Shown here: piece by piece, positions 1-9,158 of the stretch
Numbering within the stretch: the stretch's first letter is position 1
Layout: the number at the start of each line of letters is the position of its first letter
Assembly: GCA_052035095.1 (NCBI GenBank)
Contig: JBPOHW010000001.1
Span: 44,857-108,856, forward strand
DNA from: Candidatus Moraniibacteriota bacterium
Lineage (GTDB): Bacteria; Patescibacteriota; Minisyncoccia; Moranbacterales; UBA1568
Direction: 5' to 3'
Length of the DNA: 64,000 bases
Position numbers and translations under genes: made by a program
Notes under the pieces: generated by a model
What the model saw: only the letters and a program-made list of their open reading frames with translations
Database searches by the model: none
Told to the model about the DNA's origin: nothing

Positions 1-1350
1 GAGGATTGAGCTTGATGGAAGAAGTGTCGCGCTTGCAAAGAGAAGTGCGCCGGCAAGGAGCGTTTTCAATATGCCGGAAAAAGAAAAGGGGAGTGTGACG
101 AAACGCCGAGTGAAAATGAGGAGCGCGAGTGTTACGATGGTCGTGGTCGCGGTCGTCGCCCACGCGGCTCCGAGCGTGCCCATCAAGGGAATGAGGAATG
201 TGACGAGGAGGGCATTCCCGAGTGTTCCGAGGCCGGCGAGTGTCGCGACGAGTTTGGCGTATCCCAAGCCGATCATTCCCATCGCAACAGTATAAAAGAC
301 GGTGAGGAAAGAGAGTCCCAAGACGAGAATGCGGAAAATCGGCACGGCTTCTTGGTAAGCGCCTCCGAAGAAGAGCGTCATAACCGGTTCCGCGTAGGAA
401 AAGAGAATGATGAAAAGCGGCAAGAGAATAATCCCCGCGTATCGAAGGGCGCTCCCCAAGAGGCGAGACACCTTCTCCGGATCGCCGTCCTTTTTCAACT
501 TGGCGAGCGCGGGGAGGAGGACGATGGAGAGGGCGTAGAAGAGGTACGAAGGGAGACGCGCGAGGGTGGTTGCCGCGTTGTAGTAGCCGGTTTGCGCGTC
601 GTCGGCTATCAGGGCTTTGACGAGGTAAAGGTCGATTGAGATGAAAATTTCATAAAACAAAAGAAAGAGTGTGATGGGCCAGGCGGAAGAGAGGAGAATT
701 TTCCAGGGGAAGGTACGCGTTTCTTGATTGTGCTCGGCATTCTTGAAGGGGGTGGAAGTTTTCCGATCGAAGACTATGCCGAGAAGGAAGGTGATGAAAG
801 GTACGAGGATATAGCCGGCGATCGCGCCGTATATTTTGAAGAGAAATACGAATGGCACAATGAGCGCGACGCGGAGGATGGCGCGCGCCATTTTGAGGAT
901 CGCCTGATAGTGGAAGAGGTGGATGCCGGTAAAGTAGTAGAAATAGAACGACGAGGCGGCAAAGGCGGGAATGATGAGGGAAGAGAATTGGAAGAGTGGC
1001 GTGAGCGAGGGATCGCCCAAGAGATACGCAATGAGTGGCGCCGCAAAAAAGAAGAGCGCCGTTACGCCGGCAATAAGGAAGAATTGGAGCCTGGCGCCGG
1101 TTCGTTTGATGACACCGACCATCCCCGGATCTTTCTCGAAGTATTCACTTAGGAAGCGCGACATCGCGGTTGGGATGCCGTTCCCGATAAGAATAATCAC
1201 GGTCGTGGTGAGTGTCACGACGAGTCCGTAGCGCCCATACTCCGCCGGCCCCAAAACTCGCCCCGCGACCGAATGGATCACGTAGCCGGAAATATTGAAG
1301 AGGATTTCGGCGACGGTGAGAAAGAGGAGTGGCTTGGAGAGGGTTGACAT
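1..1350 (-). CDS. Wzx-like polysaccharide flippase / MATE-fold oligosaccharide translocase (3' end outside window)
   Basis: Own translation from ATG at 1350: MSTLSKPLLFLTVAEILFNISGYVIHSVAGRVLGPAEYGRYGLVVTL..., an LGxxxYGxY flippase N-terminal motif with many TM segments. Missing from the ORF track because it runs off the window edge. Confidence 0.85.
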   Translation of the reverse strand, partial: MSTLSKPLLFLTVAEILFNISGYVIHSVAGRVLGPAEYGRYGLVVTLTTTVIILIGNGIPTAMSRFLSEYFEKDPGMVGVIKRTGARLQFFLIAGVTALFFFAAPLIAYLLGDPSLTPLFQFSSLIIPAFAASSFYFYYFTGIHLFHYQAILKMARAILRVALIVPFVFLFKIYGAIAGYILVPFITFLLGIVFDRKTSTPFKNAEHNQETRTFPWKILLSSAWPITLFLLFYEIFISIDLYLVKALIADDAQTGYYNAATTLARLPSYLFYALSIVLLPALAKLKKDGDPEKVSRLLGSALRYAGIILLPLFIILFSYAEPVMTLFFGGAYQEAVPIFRILVLGLSFLTVFYTVAMGMIGLGYAKLVATLAGLGTLGNALLVTFLIPLMGTLGAAWATTATTTIVTLALLIFTRRFVTLPFSFSGILKTLLAGALLFASATLLPSSSIL

Positions 1351-1372
1351 AAGTATTTTTCCGTTGTACTGT
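1344..1372 (+). promoter_or_regulatory. Putative sigma70 promoter TTGACA-17-TACTGT for the + strand orphan gene; the -35 overlaps the flippase start codon
   Basis: TTGACA 1344-1349, 17-nt spacer, TACTGT 1367-1372. Confidence 0.45.
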
Positions 1373-1423
1373 TTGGGTAGTTGTTTTTCCAAATTCCCTC
1401 AACTCCCAATGAGGAGATATCCA

Positions 1424-1630
1424 ATGAAGACTTTCACTAAAGTAGCAGTTTTCGTGGTCCTGGTTTTGGCGCTGTCGCCATTTGCCGGGTTCTGGATTGT
1501 AGCGCTCGTAGGTGCGGGGTTGGTGTTACTCCCTGTCGGAGCGCTTCTTGTGGCTCTCTTTCCGAAGAAAACGGAGTGGCTCTTGAATACCGTCCAAGAA
1601 AATCGGCACTATCTTATTCCCGCTGGCTAA
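1424..1630 (+). CDS. Small hydrophobic membrane protein (orphan)
   Basis: GAGGAG RBS before ATG 1424; MKTFTKVAVFVVLVLALSP... with two TM helices; stop overlaps the stop of the convergent kinase gene. Confidence 0.6.
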   Translation: MKTFTKVAVFVVLVLALSPFAGFWIVALVGAGLVLLPVGALLVALFPKKTEWLLNTVQENRHYLIPAG

Positions 1631-2328
1631 AGCCAGCGAATAATCTCTTTTGAAATGGCGTCTTTCTCTTTCGAAGCATCGATGGTTTTTAACCACGATG
1701 CTTCTTTTTTTTGCTCCAAAAGTTCAAATTTTTTTTGGAGATATTCCAATCCCTGTTCCGGCACGCGGTCGCGTTTGAGGATGTCTTCCGGGGTGACGCG
1801 GAGGTAGAAGGCGAGGTCGGGGCGGGGAATGAGGGATAGGAGTACTCCTCCTCCCTCCGCAACCACCCCTCTCCCCTCCACGGGAGGGGAATTATTACCA
1901 CCCCGCCCTTTGGGCACCCCTCCACGGGAGGGGAAAGTACCATGCCCTTTGGGCACCCCTCCACTGGAGGGGAAGGAGAGGAAGAGGATGTTGAGGAGGG
2001 TGTCGTGGAAATAACGGTCGGAGAGGAGGAAGTCGACGCCGTTTCGCTCGAGTCTTTTTTTGAACGATCGAAAACGGAGAATATCAATGAGGAGAAAAAC
2101 TTTGCGAAGGAGGAGGGAAAAGAAAGAGGCGCGAGTGATGGCTCTTTCTTTGCCGGGTTCGAAGGATTTCCGCCCCTTGAGGTATCGCGCGATTCTATTT
2201 GCCAGTGAAAATTCGATCGCGTGAAATACGGCGACTCTTTTGCCTTCCTGTTCGAGGCGCGTTTTCAAGAGATTGAGTTGAGTGGATTTTCCCGATCCAT
2301 CGAGCCCAGAGAATACGATGAGTTTCAT
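1627..2328 (-). CDS. Thymidylate-kinase-family (dTMP kinase-like) P-loop kinase with an in-frame palindromic-repeat insertion
   Basis: GLDGSGKSTQ P-loop, DRY motif, PDLAFYL motif. Confidence 0.8.
   Translation of the reverse strand: MKLIVFSGLDGSGKSTQLNLLKTRLEQEGKRVAVFHAIEFSLANRIARYLKGRKSFEPGKERAITRASFFSLLLRKVFLLIDILRFRSFKKRLERNGVDFLLSDRYFHDTLLNILFLSFPSSGGVPKGHGTFPSRGGVPKGRGGNNSPPVEGRGVVAEGGGVLLSLIPRPDLAFYLRVTPEDILKRDRVPEQGLEYLQKKFELLEQKKEASWLKTIDASKEKDAISKEIIRWL
1843..1975. repeat. Cluster of three CCCCTCCAC(G/T)GGAGGGGAA REP-like hairpins inside the kinase CDS
   Basis: Three near-identical palindromes, two preceded by GCCCTTTGGGCA; translated as PSSGGVPKG...PSRGGVPKG...PPVEGRG. Confidence 0.8.
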
Positions 2329-2338
2329 GATGAAATAT

Positions 2339-2475
2339 AAGCACCAAATTCAAAATTACAAGCTCCAAATAAATCTCAAATTCCAATTTTTAGAACAAAA
2401 CAATTTTTTTAGATGCCTCATTTAAATACTTGAGATTTGGCATTTATTTGGAACTTGAAATTTTGGATTTGGAAT
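2339..2475. repeat. Heptamer-periodic inverted-repeat intergenic element, copy 1
   Basis: GCACCAAATTCAAAATTACAAGCTCCAAATAA ... TTATTTGGAACTTGAAATTTTGGATTTGG; related copies at 7051, 53337 and 54167. Confidence 0.8.
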
Positions 2476-2488
2476 CTTTTTTTGATTT

Positions 2489-2956
2489 TCACTCCCCGAT
2501 GATTTGGAGAGCGACTTCGCGCGGGCGGGCGCGGTCGAGTTCGAGGGCGAAGACTCTCTGCCAGCGACCGAATTGGAGCTTGGAGTCGACGATGTTGAGG
2601 ATTTGCGAGGGGGAAAGGAGAAGCGCTTTGCAATGCGAATGACCATTTTGACATTCGCCGTCGCACATATTGACGGTGCGGATTTCAAAGTTGTCATGAT
2701 CGTATTCGAGAGTCTCGGGGGCGACGCGTTCGAGCATTTTTTTCATATCGCCAATGAGGAGCGGCTCCGCTTCATTGACGATAATCGCCATCGTCGTGTG
2801 AAGGCTTTGGATATTTACGATGCCATTTTTGATGCCGCACGTTTTGATCGCGGAAAGAACATCATCCGTAATGTCGATAAATTCAAGCGTTGCTTTCGTC
2901 GCGAGCTTGATCACGTGATTCATGATTTTCATAGTATTGTAGATAGGGACGAACAA
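2489..2956 (-). CDS. yjbQ: YjbQ/UPF0047 family protein
   Basis: HTT, NEAEP, YDHD, NGHSHCK, FGRWQRVFALELD motifs. Confidence 0.85.
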   Translation of the reverse strand: MFVPIYNTMKIMNHVIKLATKATLEFIDITDDVLSAIKTCGIKNGIVNIQSLHTTMAIIVNEAEPLLIGDMKKMLERVAPETLEYDHDNFEIRTVNMCDGECQNGHSHCKALLLSPSQILNIVDSKLQFGRWQRVFALELDRARPREVALQIIGE

Positions 2957-3024
2957 TCACTCACCCTGTATGAATAGATCAATTATTTTCTGAATGCCGA
3001 TAGCAGAAAGCGGAAAGCTGGAAC

Positions 3025-4527
3025 CTAGTACATTATGACAGCAATCGGTTGCAGGCGGGCGACGGGGGTGGCGATGGCGTTTTCTTGGACACTTGCTATA
3101 ACGTCCTCGGCGCGTTTGTAGTGGGAGGCGTCTTGTTCTATTACCTTCGAGGATTTCCCATTGTACAACCGAACACCTTTGGTTTCAAGTTTCCATTTGA
3201 GCTCGGTTTTGTTTTCGGGAATGACGGAATCGGTTTTCTCCTTGGACTTTCCGGCGCCATGGTTACAGGAATAGAATCCGGAAGTATTCTCGTCTGTCCC
3301 GACGGCGAGGTAGGCTTCGGTGGACATCGAAGTGGGGATGAAGGCGGGTTCGCCCGTCTCGCGAAAGACCGGGTGATCGCTCATACGAGAGGGTCCATAG
3401 GCGCGGCTGGTGCCATTTCGGTGTACCCACACGTTTTCTCCATAGTGCTCTTCCTTGGAGACCAAGATATGCGGCATATCGTAGAGGAGTTCGAACGCGG
3501 GATCGCGGTGGAGCGTTTTCTTGATGGTCTCACTTATGTTGTGCGCGATGACGGCGCGATTCGCGTGGGCGAAATTGGAACAGGCGTTCCGCGCTCTCAT
3601 ATAGAGCTCGCCATCCTCGCCCTCGCCGAGAAAGGTGATGAGGGGTTCTTTCTTTCCGAAGTCGGACTCGCGGATTTTTTGCGCGATAGCATTGATTGTC
3701 TTCCGATGCGGTGTGTTCCAGAAAAAACGGCCGATATTCATCATGACGGCGGTCGAAAAGTGCTCACGCTTTTTCGCTGTGTACATATACATCGTGTACT
3801 GCCCCAAGATGCCCGAGCCGCAGTGGATCATAAAGAGGTAGTCGCCGTTTTTGACACCAAGCTTCTTGGCTTTTTCTTCATCTTCAATCCCGGTTACTTT
3901 CATCAGGTCGAGGAAGTGATTGCCGGCGGCGCCCAGGATGCCGGCGCGGAATTGAGCGAAGAAAAGAAAGAGTGGCGGAATGGCACCAAAGATATCGCGG
4001 CGGGACATTTCTTTCCCGAAGAAGTTTCCGCGGTCGAGTGAATTTTCCGCTTCGAATTTTGTCGCGATGCCGAGATGATCGATGAGCGGCGCGATGCCTT
4101 TGCGGCAGATATCGACGATGACGTGAAAGGGGAGATAGGTACCGAGGTATGCTTTGGTGGGGACATTGGGGACGAGCGCCTCGAAAAGCCGGTGGATGTC
4201 TTCGGATGTCGTATTCGATTCGTTCAAGTTCGTCCGGACGAGTCGCATCCCACACGCCGGATCGGAGTCGTTTACCTGCGGCAAAATGTATCGCTCCGAA
4301 GCAATCGTCGTGCCGGTCGCGTTCTTTCGCCCGGGCTTGGAGTGCACGTCCGCCATCGCCGCGATGTGATGGAAACACGCGTCATTTGACGCGACGCTCT
4401 CGAGTTGTTCGAGGGTCGCCTCATTTGGCATGAGCGCCTCCTGCACATGAAACACCACCGGCACTTTCATGCGGTCCGTCTTCATCTCGCGGCGGTAGGG
4501 GGTAGTTTCGGTAATTACTCTTGACAT
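3025..4527 (-). CDS. rtcB: Divergent RtcB-family ligase
   Basis: MADVH, DPACGM, GAAGNHF, IHCGS, VHRNG, PTSM, SCNHGAG, HYK motifs in RtcB order; start taken at MSR (4527). Confidence 0.85.
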   Translation of the reverse strand: MSRVITETTPYRREMKTDRMKVPVVFHVQEALMPNEATLEQLESVASNDACFHHIAAMADVHSKPGRKNATGTTIASERYILPQVNDSDPACGMRLVRTNLNESNTTSEDIHRLFEALVPNVPTKAYLGTYLPFHVIVDICRKGIAPLIDHLGIATKFEAENSLDRGNFFGKEMSRRDIFGAIPPLFLFFAQFRAGILGAAGNHFLDLMKVTGIEDEEKAKKLGVKNGDYLFMIHCGSGILGQYTMYMYTAKKREHFSTAVMMNIGRFFWNTPHRKTINAIAQKIRESDFGKKEPLITFLGEGEDGELYMRARNACSNFAHANRAVIAHNISETIKKTLHRDPAFELLYDMPHILVSKEEHYGENVWVHRNGTSRAYGPSRMSDHPVFRETGEPAFIPTSMSTEAYLAVGTDENTSGFYSCNHGAGKSKEKTDSVIPENKTELKWKLETKGVRLYNGKSSKVIEQDASHYKRAEDVIASVQENAIATPVARLQPIAVIMY

Positions 4528-4549
4528 ATTTCTAAATTTATGCAATACT
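4521..4549 (+). promoter_or_regulatory. Putative promoter TTGACA-17-(TGn)AATACT; the -35 overlaps the rtcB start codon
   Basis: TTGACA 4521-4526, TG 4541-4542, AATACT 4544-4549. Confidence 0.5.
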
Positions 4550-4601
4550 CCTTTTGGTGCCGGCAGTGATCGGCGTGTACCTTGAGAATTTGGAGATTTC
4601 C

Positions 4602-5093
4602 ATGAATGCTGTTAAGGCTGGTTATCTGAGTATGTGGCTAGAGAAGGGCAATCTTCTTGTTGTGAGATTCCCAAGGAACGGACCATATATCGAATCGATC
4701 TCGCTTTTTTCTGGTTCGCGTCGTATTACCGATTGGCGCAATTCGTGTTCGTACGGTGAGGACGAGTATATGGGGTTATCACTATGGGAAGCCTTGCATG
4801 GAGACGAAAAGGACGTGGCTATGGAGAGGGAAGTTGTGTTTGCTTTTGTTCAGCTTCCTCCCGGTCAAAAATTCTGGATACGTGTGAATTATGGCGGATA
4901 TCCGGAAAGTGATTGGGATTTCTCTGCTACAATCTCAGAATTTAGCTTTTACTGCTTAGCATTCTGCACACAGTACCTCTCTTTAAAGCTGAAGTGCAGC
5001 GTGGACATCCGCTTTTATGACCAGGATTACTGGGAATCTTCTGATAGGAAGAAACTTTCGTGCATCCCGCCCTGTTTAAGAAAGCCGCTATAA
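4602..5093 (+). CDS. Hypothetical protein (counter-oriented orphan)
   Basis: GGAG RBS before ATG 4602; lower GC than neighbours; 3' end overlaps the GT gene end. Confidence 0.5.
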   Translation: MNAVKAGYLSMWLEKGNLLVVRFPRNGPYIESISLFSGSRRITDWRNSCSYGEDEYMGLSLWEALHGDEKDVAMEREVVFAFVQLPPGQKFWIRVNYGGYPESDWDFSATISEFSFYCLAFCTQYLSLKLKCSVDIRFYDQDYWESSDRKKLSCIPPCLRKPL

Positions 5094-6226
5094 GCATCCA
5101 TATATCTCTCCGCAGTCTCTCTGAGGTTAAATGACCTTTCTACAAACGCTCTCGCATCCGTGCTGAGGGCGTTTCTTTTTGTCTCGTCATGGCGGAGGCT
5201 CTCGATCGCACGCCAGAGAGCATCCCCGTCTCCTCGGGGAATAGTAACAGAAATATTGGGGTTTGAAAACTCTCTGAAGAGCGGGAGGTCGGAGAGGATG
5301 ACGGGTTTTCCGGATGCGTAGGCTTCGAGGATGGCGAGAGGGATATCGAATTTGCCATGCATATCGGCGACCGGGAAGGTGATGATGTCGGCGACGGAGT
5401 AGAGCGCGGCGACATCGAAGACGGTGTCGCTAAAGCGGATGTGTTCGAGGATGCCGGCTTCGCGGAATTTTTGTTGAATTGCTTCTTTTTTCTTCCGGTC
5501 CGCGTCGTTTTTGACACGGAGGGCGAAGAGGAATTTGAAAGGGGAGGAAGGGGTTGAATGGAGGGAATGGGATGAAAGAGAGAAACGGCGAACCAACATA
5601 TCAACAATCATATCGGTTGCGCCCAGGCGGGCGTATTCACCGACGTAGGAGACGACGAAATCGTCGGGGGAGAGGTTGAGTTTTTTGAGGGTTTCGGGAT
5701 TCTTGGGGCGCGGCGCGAATCGTTCGAGATCGATGCCCGGATATATTCTTTCGACATTTGAGAATCCCGCTTCTTCGAGTTTTTGCCTGGAATGATCCGT
5801 GTAGGTGATGAGGCGGTCGGCGAAGAACATCTGTTTCCAGTCGTTCGCGTCCCAGCGTTCTTCGCGGAGGGTCGCAATGGTTTGGATGGTCTTCGGGCGT
5901 TTCCACGTGAAGTTTTTGAGGAGAAAGGAATTGAAAGGAGTCGGTGTGAAGAGGTAGTGGACAATATCGAAGCGGTGACTCTGAGTGAAAAGAAACATCG
6001 CGAGGCGCATTTTGGCTTTAAGGTCAAAGTGTCCGCTCCCAAAAATCGGGTGTTGGACGCAGTTTGCCCCCAGCTCCTCGAGCGTTTCATCAGTCGTCAA
6101 GAGGTGAAACTCAAGTTCGGGATCTCGAATACTCTTTGCCAAAAAATACGCGAAATTCTTCGACGCCTCATCCCATGGCGGGACGAGCGGGCGTGTCGCG
6201 AGGAGGATTTTAATCGGCATTGACAT
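5027..6226 (-). CDS. GT4 family glycosyltransferase
   Basis: PGID, FDIPLAILEAYASGKPVILSD GT4 C-terminal signature. Confidence 0.9.
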   Translation of the reverse strand: MSMPIKILLATRPLVPPWDEASKNFAYFLAKSIRDPELEFHLLTTDETLEELGANCVQHPIFGSGHFDLKAKMRLAMFLFTQSHRFDIVHYLFTPTPFNSFLLKNFTWKRPKTIQTIATLREERWDANDWKQMFFADRLITYTDHSRQKLEEAGFSNVERIYPGIDLERFAPRPKNPETLKKLNLSPDDFVVSYVGEYARLGATDMIVDMLVRRFSLSSHSLHSTPSSPFKFLFALRVKNDADRKKKEAIQQKFREAGILEHIRFSDTVFDVAALYSVADIITFPVADMHGKFDIPLAILEAYASGKPVILSDLPLFREFSNPNISVTIPRGDGDALWRAIESLRHDETKRNALSTDARAFVERSFNLRETAERYMDAYSGFLKQGGMHESFFLSEDSQ

Positions 6227-6248
6227 ATATATAAATATATTCTATAAT
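6220..6248 (+). promoter_or_regulatory. Consensus sigma70 promoter TTGACA-17-TATAAT; the -35 overlaps the GT4 start codon
   Basis: TTGACA 6220-6225, TATAAT 6243-6248, exact 17-nt spacer. Confidence 0.8.
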
Positions 6249-6295
6249 AGTTTTGGTTTTCTATCCTCAACTGACTGTGCTTGAGGGGGTTTTCC

Positions 6296-6589
6296 ATGAA
6301 TAGTACCGGATGGCTGGTTCTTTACTATCTTGTGTTACTTGTCCACTACCCCGGATTAGCATACCTCTTTTTTTTCGTAGTTCCTCGATTTTTAGGAATC
6401 GGATTTTTTAAGGCAGCTTGTCTGTGGTTTGTAGTGTGGCTTTGTTCAGGCCTAATTTTTAATGGCTGTATCTTCACTTATTTGGAGGAATACTGTGAGC
6501 TAAAAGCCGGGGTGAGGACTGAAATAGCCTACAACTTTAAAGAAAGCTTTGCCTATAAAGTCGTCTGGAGTTCCTTTGGTTGTCGCTAG
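6296..6589 (+). CDS. Small membrane protein, DUF2784-like (counter-oriented orphan)
   Basis: GAGGGGG RBS; TM helices; GCIFTYLE resembles the CPLTxLE motif of DUF2784. Confidence 0.55.
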   Translation: MNSTGWLVLYYLVLLVHYPGLAYLFFFVVPRFLGIGFFKAACLWFVVWLCSGLIFNGCIFTYLEEYCELKAGVRTEIAYNFKESFAYKVVWSSFGCR

Positions 6590-6660
6590 TTTTTTGAAGA
6601 GATCTGTTTTGCGGGTCTCTTTTTTTATCGTTTGCTTTTTCGATTGCTTTATATTTTCCT

Positions 6661-7035
6661 CTATCTCTTATAAATCTCCTTCCTCTTGGTTATATCTTTG
6701 CTGGTTTTGTTTATCTCTCCTTCCGTCCACACATTCACGCGGGCGGATTTTTTGTCGGGATTCCGGATGAGGATGGTTTGACCGTTCGCGCCGCTTATGG
6801 TGAAGGAAGTCGATTCGACGAGTGTGTCACCCACTGTGACTTCGTAGAAAAACGTTTTGGTCGTGCCGAAGTTTGAAACGGAGAAACTCGCGTCGGTCGG
6901 TTCCTGCGAGGCAAAGGAGAGCGACCACCAGTCGTGATTCGCCGGATCGGCAAGGTATGATTCGCGGAAAGCGAGCGCGACAAAGGCGATGAGGAGGGAG
7001 AGGGCAAGGATGAGGAGGATATTTTTTTCTTTCAT
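6661..7035 (-). CDS. Hypothetical membrane-anchored protein
   Basis: N-terminal TM/signal followed by a beta-rich domain; in operon orientation. Confidence 0.7.
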   Translation of the reverse strand: MKEKNILLILALSLLIAFVALAFRESYLADPANHDWWSLSFASQEPTDASFSVSNFGTTKTFFYEVTVGDTLVESTSFTISGANGQTILIRNPDKKSARVNVWTEGEINKTSKDITKRKEIYKR

Positions 7036-7050
7036 ACAAGGAATATTAAA

Positions 7051-7190
7051 AAAATTCCAAATTCAAAATTTCAAGTTCCAAATAAATCTCAAATCTCAAT
7101 TTTCGAAACAAAATCATTTTTTCAAGCGTCTCTTTTGAATATTTGTTATTTGGTGCTTATTTGGAACTTGAAATTTTGAATTTGGTGCTT
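7051..7190. repeat. Heptamer-periodic inverted-repeat intergenic element, copy 2
   Basis: CCAAATTCAAAATTTCAAGTTCCAAATAA ... TTATTTGGAACTTGAAATTTTGAATTTGG. Confidence 0.8.
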
Positions 7191-7193
7191 TTC

Positions 7194-9158
7194 TTATTGA
7201 GCCATTTTGTATACCGCGATATCGTCCGAAATATAGAGGAGGGACATTTCTTTAGCCTTGTTGAATTGGGCGCCGTCTACGTGGGGATTGACGACGACGG
7301 TATCAACGCCGGTGCTGTCAAAACAGGCTTTTCCTTTGGGGGTGTTGGGGGCGGAAATCATAAGGAGCGTGCACTGTTCGCGGAGGGTCACCTCGTCAGT
7401 GTAGCGGCGCAGATATCCGCGCGAGAGCGGATAGGAATAGTCGCGCATAAAGGAAAGCTTCATCCAGGAGTCGGCGACGATATAGTTGTGATCCTTGAGT
7501 ATCCATTCGTCCGGCGCGGTTCTCGCGGCGAGCCATCGGGAGGCGACAAATGTTTGAACGGCGTTTTTCGCGTTCGACTCTTTCGGGAGCGTACTCGCAT
7601 TGTCAAAAAATCCGCCGGTAACGGTTGCTATGAGAAGAAGCATAAACGACCACTGGAGAATACTCGTGCTCCCTCCGAGCGGTGTTGATTCAACTCCTTT
7701 TTGTTTTTGCAGGAAAAGCGCGGCAAGCGCGTATGCCGAGAGGATGGCCGCCGGAAAGGTCGCGTAGGTGCCGATGCGGTTTGAAGGGATATCGAGGAAG
7801 ACGAGGTGAGGGAAGAGCGCCATAACGATAAGTCCCACGCTCCAGCCTAAAAGCACGGAGGCTCCGAGCGTTTTCCGTAGGGGCGAGAGAAGGAGGAGCG
7901 CGATACCGACCAGTTCGAGTCCGAGGCGCGCGCCGCCGACACTCTGCGCGAGCTGGTCGAAGGTGATCCCTTCGCGGGTTGATTTGGAGGGGCTCCCGAG
8001 CGCGGTGTCGATCGCTTCGATATCGAGATAGGTCGGCGTATAGACAAAGAGGATGACGATAACGAGAAAAATAATCGCAAGAATCGGCGCCGGCGAAATG
8101 AACAGCGCGAGCCAGTCTCGTATTTTTGAGAAGGCGTCTTTTCGATTGAGCGCGACAAAAACGATGAGGACAGAGAGCGTGATGTATAAAAAGATCAGCA
8201 TTGAGAGATGATGCGTGAAGGCGAGCGTGCCCGTGAGGAGAAGCGCGAGCATGAGAAACGCGGCGCTTTTTTCTCGAAACGCGCGCAGGAGCGCGAGGAT
8301 GATCGCGGGAATGAGGAGGTTTCCAAGGAGATTTCCGACGACGCCGCCCGAGACATATTTGGCTTCAGGCGAGGAAAGCGCCCAGAGAGGGCCGACACAG
8401 AGAAGTATGAGAATCATCCCTCGACGCGCGAGCGTTGCAGTCGTGAACACCTCGCTAAAGAGGTGATAGGTGAGAATCGAAAGCGTGAGAATTGTCAGGA
8501 TATTTGCCGCGAGAAGGAAGAGCGAGGGAAAAGCGGAAGCGACATCGAGACCGGAGACGAGCGAGATGGCCGCGAAGGGGAGGTGTTCGCCGACGACGAA
8601 GTCATCAATCGGCTCGGGCGCCGTGAGCGTGTTCGATTCGTCTTTGAAGGCGATATTGATCTTCTCGTATTCCGGAACGGTTCCCTCGATCGCTATTTTC
8701 TTCGCCCAGAACATATGGTGTCCCAAGTCAGTTGAGGTGGGGAGAATGCCATCCCAGAGATACACTGACTTGATACATATCGTGAGTACGATCAGTCCGA
8801 TGAAGAGGATGCTTTCTTTTTTCGAAAACGAAAGACCGTGAATCCATTCGGGAAGTGAGAGTGAAAGCTTTGGGCGTTTCACGGAGTGGACCAAGATGGA
8901 AAGGGAAATCACGGAAACGATGCCGACGAGCCCGAGGAGGGAAATACGGGAAATCGGTATGCCGACCTTTGAGAGGAAGAGCATACCGAAATCGAGTATC
9001 GAGAGACCGAGGGCGAAAGAGAAAATCGCGAATTCAAAAATGGAAAACTTCCGCAATCCGCTTCGGAAAAGCACGAGAAACAACAAACTACCCGGAACAA
9101 AAAAAAGTCCGACGAGCGCAAGGAGAAAATTCAGGATGTTTAGAGATGTATCAATCAT
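7194..9158 (-). CDS. Large polytopic membrane protein, probable GT-C-fold glycosyltransferase
   Basis: Many TM helices, STDLGHH loop after an early TM, C-terminal extracytoplasmic domain; start at MIDT overlaps the upstream GT stop. Confidence 0.65.
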   Translation of the reverse strand: MIDTSLNILNFLLALVGLFFVPGSLLFLVLFRSGLRKFSIFEFAIFSFALGLSILDFGMLFLSKVGIPISRISLLGLVGIVSVISLSILVHSVKRPKLSLSLPEWIHGLSFSKKESILFIGLIVLTICIKSVYLWDGILPTSTDLGHHMFWAKKIAIEGTVPEYEKINIAFKDESNTLTAPEPIDDFVVGEHLPFAAISLVSGLDVASAFPSLFLLAANILTILTLSILTYHLFSEVFTTATLARRGMILILLCVGPLWALSSPEAKYVSGGVVGNLLGNLLIPAIILALLRAFREKSAAFLMLALLLTGTLAFTHHLSMLIFLYITLSVLIVFVALNRKDAFSKIRDWLALFISPAPILAIIFLVIVILFVYTPTYLDIEAIDTALGSPSKSTREGITFDQLAQSVGGARLGLELVGIALLLLSPLRKTLGASVLLGWSVGLIVMALFPHLVFLDIPSNRIGTYATFPAAILSAYALAALFLQKQKGVESTPLGGSTSILQWSFMLLLIATVTGGFFDNASTLPKESNAKNAVQTFVASRWLAARTAPDEWILKDHNYIVADSWMKLSFMRDYSYPLSRGYLRRYTDEVTLREQCTLLMISAPNTPKGKACFDSTGVDTVVVNPHVDGAQFNKAKEMSLLYISDDIAVYKMAQ

